In this document: in pieces, positions 1 through 10,800 of the stretch
Layout of the letters: each line of letters opens with the position of its first letter
How positions within the stretch are numbered: the stretch's first letter is position 1
Assembly: GCF_006345805.1 (NCBI RefSeq)
Contig: NC_043019.1
Span: forward strand, 26,163,360-26,227,359
Direction: 5' to 3'
Source: Octopus sinensis
Taxonomy: Eukaryota
DNA: 64,000 nucleotides
The notes under the pieces: model-generated
Database searches by the model: none
Seen by the model: the letters and a program-made list of their open reading frames with translations, nothing else
What the model was told of the DNA's origin: nothing
Translations under genes and position numbers: made by a program

Positions 1-128
1 AGACACCTGATGAAGACTGGAGGGTATATCATCCAAAACGTTGTGTTAAGAACAAACAAGATGAGGACAAATATCCGTCAAATGTAGATAATGTAAATAA
101 TTCCTCATCTCTTAAATATAGAACTGTA
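1..128 (+). mobile_element. Probable Penelope-like terminal repeat remnant with a degenerate hammerhead core
   Basis: CTGATGA..gactg-10nt-catcc..aaaacg; truncated by window start. Confidence 0.4.
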
Positions 129-240
129 TCACTTTTGCTTTTTTCTTTTTAAATAATTATTTCCATTCTACCAATATGCTTAAAACAGCCTTTGGAAAAG
201 GCATGAACTTCACAACACTTCAGGTTTATAGAGTTGTACT

Positions 241-337
241 CCAAACACCTGAAATGTATTTGTTTATTCCTCAGAAGTTCATCATGATAATGATGATGAA
301 CTTCTGAGGAATAAACAAATACATTTCAGGTGTTTGG
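241..337. repeat. Perfect 45-bp inverted repeat with 7-nt loop
   Basis: 241-285 is the exact reverse complement of 293-337. Confidence 0.95.
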
Positions 338-738
338 TGTTTAACGTCCGCTTTCCATGCTGGTATGGGTTGGACGGTTTGACTACTAGATGCCCTTTCT
401 AATTCCAACCACTCCGAAAGTGTGGTGCGTGCTTTTTATGTGCCACCGGCATGAGGGCCAGTTAGGCAGTACTGGCATTGACCATGCCTGAACGGTGCTT
501 TTTACGTGTCACCGGCACGAGGGCTAGTCAGGCGAATTGGACTAATTATTGCTTAGCCAATTAAGATATATTCTGTGCTCTGGATATCTTTTGGTTAACT
601 AAGGCAACAAGCTGACAGAATCGTTAGCATGCTGGGCGAATTGTTTAGCAGCATTTGGTCAGTCTTTACATTCTGAGTTCAAATTTTGCCAAGGTTGACT
701 TTGCCTTTCATCCTTTCAGAGTTGATAAAATAAGTACC

Positions 739-972
739 TATTTCTTTATTACCCACAAGGGGCTAAACACAGAGGGGACAAACAAGGACAGACATAGGTA
801 TTAAGTCGATTACATCGACCCCAGTGCGTAACTGGTACTTAATTTATCGACCCCGAAAGGATGAAAGGCAAAGTCCACCTCGCCGGAATTTGAACTCACA
901 ACGTAACGACAGACGAAATACGGCTACGCATCTCGCCCGGCGTGCTAACGTTTCTGCCAGCTCGCCGCCTAA
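739..972 (-). mobile_element. SINE family A (tRNA-like head GGCGGCGAGCTGGCAG, B-box GTTCAAATTCC), young copy nested in an older copy (601-1070, +)
   Basis: TSD ATAAAATAAGTACC at 725-738 and 973-986; near-identical to copies at 12710, 47437, 49149, 49747. Confidence 0.88.
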
Positions 973-1211
973 ATAAAATAAGTACCAGTTGAACACTGGG
1001 GTCAATGTAATCGACTTAACCCCTTCTCCAAAATTGATGGTTATTTGCCAAATGTTGGAATCAACATCTTTAAGTTAACTAAGGCAGCAAGCTAGCAGAA
1101 TGGTTAGCTAGCCAACAAAATGTCATCTTGTCATTTTTGTCTAAATGTTAATAGTATCAGTAAATAACTCTCTCTCTCTCTCTGTCTAATATCGTATTCT
1201 TCCATTTCCAG

Positions 1212-1278
1212 TATGTTGTGCCTTGCCCAGGCAATTTTGTTGATGTAGAGACGGGCAAAATAGTTGGACAGCACCAAG
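1212..1278 (+). CDS. TRMU: TRMU/mnmA internal exon (YVVPCPGNFVDVETGKIVGQHQG); gene begins upstream of window
   Basis: ttccag acceptor, G|GTAAGT donor; peptide resembles human TRMU [23 protein letters not shown] (recalled); 67 nt, phase fits next exon. Confidence 0.9.
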
Positions 1279-2325
1279 GTAAGTCTTTCACTCTGAGACC
1301 CTAACCCAATTCTGGGCAAACTGTGGCGTATGGGAATTTCTAAATAGCATGCAACCGAAAGGATCTTGTATTTTTTTTTAGTAGTGTGGCCCACCTGAAG
1401 ATGAGCCAATATGTGGTATAAACAAACAGTCTTTCCAAATCCTGCTGTATTTCACATGGACTTCTTAGTCTTCCAAAGTCATCTTGGTGTTTAAGTTGAC
1501 TGACCTTTTTATTTTTGATGCAAATTTTAGTCTGAAAAATTTAACCTGATCAAATATCAAATATCAAGGGTTTTCTAGTAATGTCTGACAATATGTAGAA
1601 TTGTTATCCACTGAATGTTTCGTAGCCCTTTAATATTTAAACCAGCCATATCTGGTCCACATATTTTATATTCAAACTGGTCAGGTCCAGCCTCTCACAC
1701 ATACTCTACTTTGTCATTGCTAAAGTAAAGCAGTCACATCATTGAAATCTTGAAGCTATGAGATCATTCATGATCATTTCAAAACAATGAATAATTAAAC
1801 ATTACATTAGACAGAGTAAGCTGAATGCTTCAATTAATGTTGAAAATAGTTTAGTAAAATAACTGTCATTATTAATTGGTGTTTGGATCATAAATTTACA
1901 AGTTCTGATGGAAAATTTCAATTCTCAAAAACAAGATGTTTGTACCACAGAGCTAGGGGCAGTTTCCATCTCCCAAATCCACTCACAAGGCTTTGGTCGG
2001 CCCGAAGCTATAGTAGAAGACACTTGCCCAAAGTGTTTTGCAATGGGACTGAACCTGGAACCATGTGGTTGGTAAGCAAGCTACTTACCACACAGCCACT
2101 CCTGCACCTATAATGGCAGCAAAACGTTAATACTCTTTGAACCATGAATGCCACAACTTCAAAGATCTAAAACAGAAAATTCTTTGAACCTGCTTTCATG
2201 CCTCGTCTGCCATTAATGTGAGAAATATTTTGCTTAGGGCAGAAACTTACAAACTTAGGGCTCTTGTGTGCAGCTGACTCAAGAAATCATTATTAATTTA
2301 TGATGTTCCTTAATGTACTTTGTAG

Positions 2326-2426
2326 GTATTCATTTCTGGACCTTGGGACAACGTACCAATCTTGGCGGCCACTCTTACGCCTATTTTGTTGCAGAAATTA
2401 ACCCCAACAATCAAGACATAATTGTG
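2326..2426 (+). CDS. TRMU: TRMU exon (IHFWTLGQRTNLGGHSYAYFVAEINPNNQDIIV)
   Basis: tgtag acceptor, GTGAGT donor; contains the MnmA G-x-x-x-(Y/W)TLGQR motif. Confidence 0.93.
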
Positions 2427-2674
2427 GTGAGTAAAACTGTTTGCATATCATTATTAAGGTGGCAAACTCGTTAGCATGCCAGGCTAAATGCTTAGTGATA
2501 TTTTACCTGTTGCTACGTTGAGTTCAAATTCCACTGAGGTGGACTTTGCCTTTCATCTTTTGGGGGTTGATAAATCAAGTACCGGTTGAACACTGGAGTT
2601 GATGTAATCAATACATCCCATCTTCAAAAATGGTTGCCATCGTGGCAAAATCCCAAACCATTATTATTATTATT

Positions 2675-3245
2675 AAGGCAGTGAGCTGGCAGAATTGTTA
2701 GCATGCTGGATGAAATGCTTAGTGGTATTTCGTCTGCCGCTACGTTCCAAGTTCGACTTTGCCTTTCATCCTTTCGGGGTCGATTAAATAAGTACCAGTT
2801 ATGCACTGGGGTTGATATAATCGACTTAATCCGTTTGTCTGTCCTTGTTTGTCCTCTCTGTGTTTAGCCCCTTGTGGATAGTGAAGAAATAGGTATTTCA
2901 TCCATTGCTACATTCTGAGTTCAAATTCTGCCATGGTCAACTTTGCCTTTCATCCTTTTGGGAGTTGGTTAAGTACCTATTTCTTTACTGCCCACAAGGG
3001 GCTACACACAGAGGGGACAAACAAACGGATTAAGTCGATTATATCGACCCCAGTGCGTAACTGGTACTTATTTAATCGACCTCGAAAGGATGAAAGGCAA
3101 AGTCGACCTTGGCAGAATTTGAACTCAGAACGAAACGGCAGACGAAATACGGCTACGCAACTCGCCGCCTACCAGTAAAGTATTGGGGTCGATGTGATCA
3201 ACTGCCCCCCATCCCCACAAAATCCAGGCCTTGTGCCTATAGTAA
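2675..3245 (+). mobile_element. Old family-A SINE carrying two young family-A inserts (2732-2891 +, 2978-3170 -)
   Basis: Host sequence resumes after each insert; duplications GGTATTTC and TACC. Confidence 0.8.
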
Positions 3246-4578
3246 AAAGGATTATTATTATAAGGGTGTTGGAGTGGTTGACAATTAAGTCAGCTGCTAG
3301 CCATTGCCTACTGACACACACAATCATCATCACAATTGTCATTTAACATCCATCTTCCATGCTGGCATGGGTTGGATAGTTTGACAGGAGCTGGTGAGCC
3401 AGAAGACTGTGCCAAACTCTACTTTAACATGGTTTCTCCGGCTTGATGCCTTCCTTAATGCCAACCAATTTACAGAGAGAGTCAGCAAGTAACTTGCAAG
3501 ATAACTAAGGAGAGAGTAGAATCGAGGGCAGGGGTCATTGTGCCAGGTGGTGAGAGGTTAGGGTAGAAATAGGGGGATAGAAACTGATATCTTGCCTATC
3601 ATGATGTTTAAAATAAAGTGTCAACACAATATGCAAATTAGTAGCTCCAGCTTTCTGTAGCTCTTGTATATAGACAGACTGACCAATCCCAGAGACACAA
3701 GCAGCCAAACTGATGTAGGCATCCCTGATGAGCTTTCAATTAGAGTCAAAGATCAATCTAATTGCAGTTGGTGCCAGAGATACTGAACTTGGTCACTACT
3801 CGAGTATAATTACCAAGTGTAAAAGACATTGCTTAGACTAATTCATTAGTTTGATTAGAGAGGCTCTGCCACCAAGATGGATTCTGGTATAAAAAAAAAA
3901 ATTTAAAAAAACATTCCGATTCTTTTTAAACTATTGTGGTACAAGTCCAGTGTTGCAGGAGAGTAAAAGTTCTCTTTCACTGCTGACATTCTTCTGGTCT
4001 TCACAATTTATCATTTCCATTTTTCATCTAAAATTTCCAGAAGGGGGGGGGGGGGGGGGGAATCATCATTTAACACCCACTTTTCCATGCTGGCATGGAT
4101 CAGGCAGAATTTATTGAGGCAGTCACAAACTCGTACCGTTTTTCCATGCAAGGTAATATTTCTCCAAAGCCAGGCATGCTTTTCACAGAAGTCTGTAAAA
4201 CAAAGGACACCACTTGCATGATGGTGACACATCTTTACAACTATCACAGAATGTCAAGCCAAGGCAACACACATATGCATATATGAAGTGCTTCTTTCAG
4301 TTTTTGTCTCCCAAATCCACTCACAAGGCTTTGAGTGGCCCAGGGTTATAGTAGAAGACACTTTCCCAAAGTGGCACACAGCAAGATTGAGCCCTTGTTT
4401 ACTGGGTCATTTTGTAGTTGGGGAGGCTGGTCAACAACCTGGTTCAACTACTTGTGAGCCCAAGACATCAATACTGAAAGAACCCCCATTCCTATACAAT
4501 CTCATAATAATCACACTATTTACACACAAACACTCCACTTCCATCCCCTGACAGTTTTATTGCTTTTATCTTCCCTAG

Positions 4579-4917
4579 GCTCCAGGTACCCACCACGCAG
4601 CATTATTTAGAGACTCCTTCATCACTGACAAACCGCACTGGATCCACTCAGAACCAGAATTTAACGAAGGTGTGGCTACAGTGAGCTTCCGTTTCCAACA
4701 TATCCATCCATTAGTGACTTGTCACATACAGAGGTCTAATGACGACAAATACACTGTGACGCTAGAGAAACCACTGCGTGCTATCTGCCCTGGTCAGTAT
4801 GCAGTGTTCTACAAAGACGAAGAGTGTTTGGGCAGTGCAAAAATTCTAACAGTAAATCCTTCATACTGGAGGCAAAATAAACAAAATCCCATTGACCCAA
4901 CCAAAGATTTCTTGTGA
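4579..4917 (+). CDS. TRMU: TRMU terminal exon (APGTHHAALF...FRFQH...LRAICPGQYAVFYKDEECLGSAKI...stop)
   Basis: ccctag acceptor; 113 codons to TGA; MnmA C-terminal beta-barrel motif RAxxPGQxAVFYxxxxCLGxxxI. Confidence 0.95.
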   Translation, partial: APGTHHAALFRDSFITDKPHWIHSEPEFNEGVATVSFRFQHIHPLVTCHIQRSNDDKYTVTLEKPLRAICPGQYAVFYKDEECLGSAKILTVNPSYWRQNKQNPIDPTKDFL

Positions 4918-4974
4918 CAAAAACCACCATTAGATAAGAAATAAAATTATTTTCATTCATAAAATAGCAATTGT

Positions 4975-4990
4975 AATAAATTCATTTATT
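4975..4990. terminator. Candidate poly(A) signals for both genes: AATAAA (+, 4975-4980) and AATAAA (-, 4985-4990); another + AATAAA at 4940-4945
   Basis: Hexamers read directly; position between convergent stops. Confidence 0.5.
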
Positions 4991-7060
4991 AGGAATATTG
5001 AGAAACAAGGAAAAAAATTATTTGCAATGAGCACTTTGCTCAGTAAAGAAGTTTTTCTTTTCATATATTATTATTATTATTATTATTATTATTATGAAAT
5101 TGTTTGCAACAAATATTCCTCAGGCTAAAATCTGATAATGTAATTTGCCAAGTTGACAATCCCACACAAACAGTGAACAAGTTCCACATAAACCATCAAC
5201 ATTAGATGCTTTCTTTTCTTTTTTGTAGAAAAACATTGAGAGAAATTATTTATTATAATAAATAATTGGAGGGGTTTTTTTTTTTAAATCTTTTTTTTTT
5301 TTCAAAGTTAAGATAAATCAGGTTGTATTCAATCACTATCAATCAAGACTAATCAATTAAACAAAGTATGGATACAAGTTGGATAATCGAAAAAAACGCT
5401 TGGCTTAACTCAGTGAGTATTGGTCTGTCAAAAAGGGCTTCACAATGCTAAAAATGGCAATTATATAACGATTCCTCCCATTTCATCGGCTACTTTTTGC
5501 CACACAATTTTCTTGTAAAATGTGTGGAAACCAAAACTGCCAAAACAAAGCTGGGTTTACAGCTAAGCTCAATTCTTTGTTGATATTTCTGTGTTTATTA
5601 TGAACTCATCGTGATATGCAATGTTACTGGGTCCTCCAGCAGCATGTGTGTAAGTGTGCGTATAGAATAATAACGTTAAAGCTTAGCAATGTGAAGACCC
5701 ACGCAAGCTGGCAGTTCTATAAGAGACTCGTAGCAGTTTATTTTGGTGGAATTAGTAAGAAAACAAAAAAAAAATTTAAAAAAAGATTAGGAAATAAAAT
5801 AAATTTAATGAAGATATATATCAAAAAGAAATATTAAACAAATTAAAGATCAATCAAGGAGAGAATGATAAAAAGATTAACATTGGAGAAATAAGCCAAC
5901 AAATGAAATCGTCCTCAGATTTTAAAAGAGAGAAAAAAAAAAAAATAATGCAACCATATCCAGAAAGCAGAATTTCTCCAAAAACTAATATATCTACACA
6001 ACGGCAGTGAGTTGCAGTGTGTGATGACAAAAGGCCTAGAAAAAGACTTAAAAAAAAAAAAAATATATTTTTTTTTAAAGTTTAATGGACAAAAGGGGGG
6101 GGGGTTCTATAAGGGGTACTGAAAACAGAAATATCTGTAGCAATATTACAATTGAAAAATTGGAGGCAGAGGAAGGGTTGGGGGGGAAAGGTCTTTTTTC
6201 GTTTTTAAATATGTATTAATTAATCAATTAATTAGCAACAACGAAATTGGCATCTGCACTGAGGAAAAGATCTGCTGGTCAAGTTACTAGAACCTTATTT
6301 TAGAGGGGCAGTAAGAGGAACAGGGGTAGAAGGGGAACTTTAACAGGTTAGATATATCGTTGAGATATTTAAACTGGGAGATGGTTACAGGGTATATATA
6401 TTTATATATATATATATAATGTATGTACATACACTGCCTCGAGAGTTATTTTCAATGATCCTGTCTGTCCACTTGGAGATGTTTCAGGTTGGGAAACAAA
6501 TTTCAGAAATTTAGGGGAGAGAACCTCTACTTCAATGACGATTTTCTTTATTGAACAAAGATATCAATTTTGTTGGTACAGCTTGTAGCTGAAAACATAA
6601 CATAATAACTTAGTCCAACGGACATTCATTCATGCAAAATATTTCAGCTCTATAGAAAGACCAATTACATCCAATGAGTGTGGAGGCAGTTTAACCAACC
6701 ATCAGTTCGCTAAGCACCAGCACACACTGTGCTGTCTGACAGCTAACAGTTTGGGTTCGTTTTTCTCTTTGCTTTCTTCTTTTTTTTTATTTATTTATTT
6801 AAATTTTATTTGTTTGTTTGTTTCTCAAGAAAATGATAGCTGAAAGAAGAGCCTCAAGCCGCTCTCTCATCATCAAACTTTATTAGCATTTCTTTTTTTT
6901 TTTTCAAATTTTTTTTTAAAACAAACTCTTTTCTCCGATACAAAAGAGTGAGACAAAAGAATGAGGAAGAAGGAAGAAGAAACCTGAGGAGAAAATAATC
7001 AGTACTTATCTCAAAGATAATTGCGATTTTCATATCTAGAATCCTTCAATTATTAACATT

Positions 7061-7091
<31 letters not shown>

Positions 7092-7439
7092 CATATACAT
7101 ACATATATATATATATGTATATATATTATATAATCAGGTCTTTCCCTTACAGAATTCTGAATTCAAAGTATAGGTTGAAAATTTTTTTTTTTTTAAAGTG
7201 TTTTATTTATTTATTTATTTATTCTTATTTCTCATTTTTGTTTTTTTTTTTTGTTTCTTTTTCTGAGATGTGTGAAGATCTAGATAAGTGGCTGATATCT
7301 ATGAGCTGGAATAGTGTGATGGAAGTAGACAGCTGCTGCTGTCGATCCCATTTTTTGCTGCTGCTGCTGATAATGCCATTATGCTACATCGGGAAATGGA
7401 GCAATTTATTTATTTCTTTGCAAACTTGGAGCCTTACAA

Positions 7440-7690
7440 TATATATAATTATATATATATATATATATACATATATATATGTATATATATATATACACAC
7501 ACACACACACAGACATGACATAACATGTGGATAATGCATACATATATATGTATGTATAATACATTATATAGATATGTGTGTGTGTGTATGTATATATATA
7601 TATCTATATATATATATATGTATATACATACACACATACATATACCTGTATGTGTGCGTGTGTGTGTATATATGTATGTATATATATTTT
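7440..7690. repeat. Compound (AT)/(AC)/(GT) microsatellite at the start of the HUWE1 3' UTR
   Basis: Read directly. Confidence 0.9.
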
Positions 7691-7733
7691 TTATATTTCT
7701 CATGTTGAAGTCCATTTGGTTATGTTGAAATGA

Positions 7734-7836
7734 TTAAGCCAGACCAAACCCTTCAGAGCATTCATTTATTGCCAGCAGTAACATGTGCCGCAATTTGTCG
7801 TAGGTCTCGTAGGCAGGAAGATCCAACTGGTTGAAG
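7734..7836 (-). CDS. HUWE1: HUWE1 last coding exon (FNQLDLPAY...EGFGLA*)
   Basis: ttcttag acceptor at 7837-7838; TAA at 7734-7736. Confidence 0.96.
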
Positions 7837-10800
7837 CTAAGAAAGAAGAAACAGCAAAACATATCTTAGTTATTCAATACTGAGAGGGAACTGAAACACA
7901 TTAATTAATATTAAACCTTTTTGTTATCATATTTCTATTGAGATACATCATCTTTCTTTCAGGTAAGGTAAGGTAAGGAAGCACTCCGTCGGTTACGACG
8001 ACGAGGGTTCCGGTTGATCCGAATCAACGGAACAGCCTGCTCGTGAAATTAACGTGTAAGTGGCTGAGCACTCCACAGACACGTGCACCCTCAACGTAGT
8101 TCTCGGGGATATTCAGCGTGACACAGAGAGTGACAAGGCCAGCCCCTTGACATACAGGTACAACAGAAACAGGAAGTAAGAGTGAGAGAAAGTTGTGGTG
8201 AAAGAGTACAGCAGGGATCACCACCATCCCCTGCCGGAGCCTCGTGAAGCTTTTAGGTGTTTTCGTTCAATAAACACTCACAACGCCCGGTCTGGGAATC
8301 GAAACCGCGAGTCCGCTGCCCTAACCACTGGGCCATTGCGCAATTAATTTTAAAAAGAATGAATTTAATAAAATTACAAGCTGGGGTGCTTGGAATATAA
8401 ATTAGCAGGAAATTTTGATGAAATGTCTTAATTTAGATATCTTTAAAACAGGAAGTTGTATCATAGAACTAGTGATGGTCTCAGGCAGTTTGATGTCAGA
8501 AGGGTTAATGAAAACAAGGTCATTATCTTTTAGGGAAAGGGGCTGTGTCTATAGCATTCGCAGGCAAGACCAATCCAGTGTTTGTGCAACCAATACACAA
8601 CAGAGACAACCTATGTGTAGATTTATCAGTTAGATGGCTTTCTTTTGGGTGCAGTAAGGGATGTTTGTGTATGTCATTAACAGCATCCCAGATTTGAGTT
8701 TCGTAGAAAGTCAAAAACTGGAGTATTTTTCAGGCCCTGAACAGAAAGGCTAGTGTTTGGGGTGCAGAGTTGCTGGTTTATGAAGGTAGGGGGGACATCA
8801 GGAAAGATCAGATTTAGCAAGTTTGAGGGTTTTTGAAGTAGCTAGAGAAGATGGGAGTGCAAAGTTATTTTCTTGATGCAAGTAGTGATAGTATGTGTTG
8901 TTGACAGAGATTAGATTATCATGTCCACATTTGAGCAGTTTTTTGAGGTTTCTTGCAAAATAATTAAGGTGCATCTAAGCGAATCCTACCACTACTCCTC
9001 TTTACCCAGGAGACAAAATGTAGGAAGAATGTTTAGATACGGGGGAAGAGGTGGTAGACATACACCGCAATGGTACCATCGAAGTAGACACTTTCAAACC
9101 AAGCAAGAGAAGTCCATAAATTGGTAGCTGAGCATATGCTGAAAGGTTAACTGCAATAGTATTACTTTCACTCAATTTCTCAAAGGCAAGGGACTTGATG
9201 GGGCTTGGTGGAAAGAATGGCTTCCTTCACCTTTGAGGTATTGGAAACAAGAATTATCAGTTGATACTTGGTATAGCCAAAGAGGTTGCCAGTCTCAGGA
9301 ATAATGGAATGCACTGGAGATTTGGGATTTTTTCCCCCACCTTTATAACAGAAATTTTTAGTTTTGTGGGCAGTAAATGTTTAACCTTTCAAAATGATCA
9401 TAGTTCAAGAATGGTGGATTCTACAAAATTTGGCAGAAAATGTTTGGCAAGATTTTTATCAGATGATGTGGTGTTACAAAAGACCCATCAATGAATGCAT
9501 GCTTGGACCCACCGGACTTGTTACAGCACTGCTTCCTTATTTCATTATAAATCAAATATTAACAACCAAAATTATCAGAGATCAGTAACATAACAGAAAT
9601 AGGATATGAACCGAATGGGCTTACCAGGTGTGTGCAGTGGGCAGTCTATCTGTGGAGCGATCGTCTCTGTGGATTTGAAATTTTTGGATGCCATTCATTC
9701 CCTCCAGGTAAGCAAAGCCCTGAAGTGGAACTTTTGAAGTTCCAGTAACAAACTGGATAAACCGTGCACGGTTGGCTTGATCAAAAGATCGTAATGCTCG
9801 CCAAAACCATTGGATCTAAAACAGAAAAATAAAATCTCGTTAGTGGCAACAGTATCTTTTGATGATGTTCGATTTTAGATTAATTAGAAAGCAATGTATT
9901 AAAAAAATATATTTTCAAATATCAATGGCTATCTCACTCACTCACTCACTCACACACACAAAACAATCCATTGTGGGACACTTCTGCTAAACATAGCAGC
10001 CAAACTCCTTAATTCTCCTTTACCGTTTTTTGTTCAGGCCGTTGCCAGCGCTGCATCGACTGGCTTCTGTGCCGGTGGCACATAAAAAGCACCATCCGAA
10101 CGTGGCCAATGCCAGACCCCCCTCCCTCTGGCACCTGTGCAGGTGGCACGTAAAAAGCACCCACTACACTCGCGGAGTGGTTGGCGTTAGGAAGGGCATC
10201 CAGCTGTAGAAACACTGCCAGATCAGACTGGAGCCTGGTGCAGCCCTGGTTTCCCAGACTCCGGTCGAACCGTCCAACCCGTGCTAGCGCAGAAAACGGA
10301 CGTTAAACGATGATGATTATGATGATGTTTCTGTCAAGACAACATGAGAAATATTGTCAATTATCTCAGTCCTGTACCTCCACACCCTAATAACCAACAT
10401 ACTGATATCTAACTTCCTATATTTTCCCTGAAATTTACCATCCATCGTCAGCTCATGGCTCTTCTTCATCCAGCCCTCCATTGTCCAGTCAACAATAGAC
10501 AAGTCCTAAAACAACAGTAGAGTGTGTACTGTAACAAATGTGACATACGGCCACACTGATGTCGATAGGGAAGCATTTTTAAATCACCGCTAAATATTTC
10601 GTCTCCTACTCACCACATCCATCTGTCAGAATAACAACATTAAATAACATTATTTTGTCTTGGTTATTTCTAGAGATATTCATCATCATCATCATCGTTT
10701 AGCGTCCGTTTTCCATGCTAGCATGGGTTGGACGGTTCTACTGGGGTCTGTGAAGCCAGAAGGCTTCATCAGGCCCAGTCAAGTCTGGCAGTGTTTCTAC

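Noticed and set aside
2624-3178. Recurrent short ORFs ([19 protein letters not shown]..., also at 12799, 49234, 49832)
   Set aside because: They are translations of family-A SINE copies, not a peptide gene family.
3720-3755. CTGATGAG-CTTTCAATTAGAG-TCAAA as a second hammerhead
   Set aside because: GAAA core absent, stem II weak, no stem III found.
4043-4060. G18 homopolymer
   Set aside because: Isolated run with no further structure; length is unreliable in assemblies.
7115-7728. ORFs of 67-139 aa rich in I/Y/H/T/F
   Set aside because: Microsatellite and T-rich 3' UTR translations.
8380-9310. Non-repetitive-looking stretch with several short ORFs in the last HUWE1 intron
   Set aside because: Possibly an old LINE relic, but I found no recognisable motif in any frame; needs tBLASTx/HMM search.
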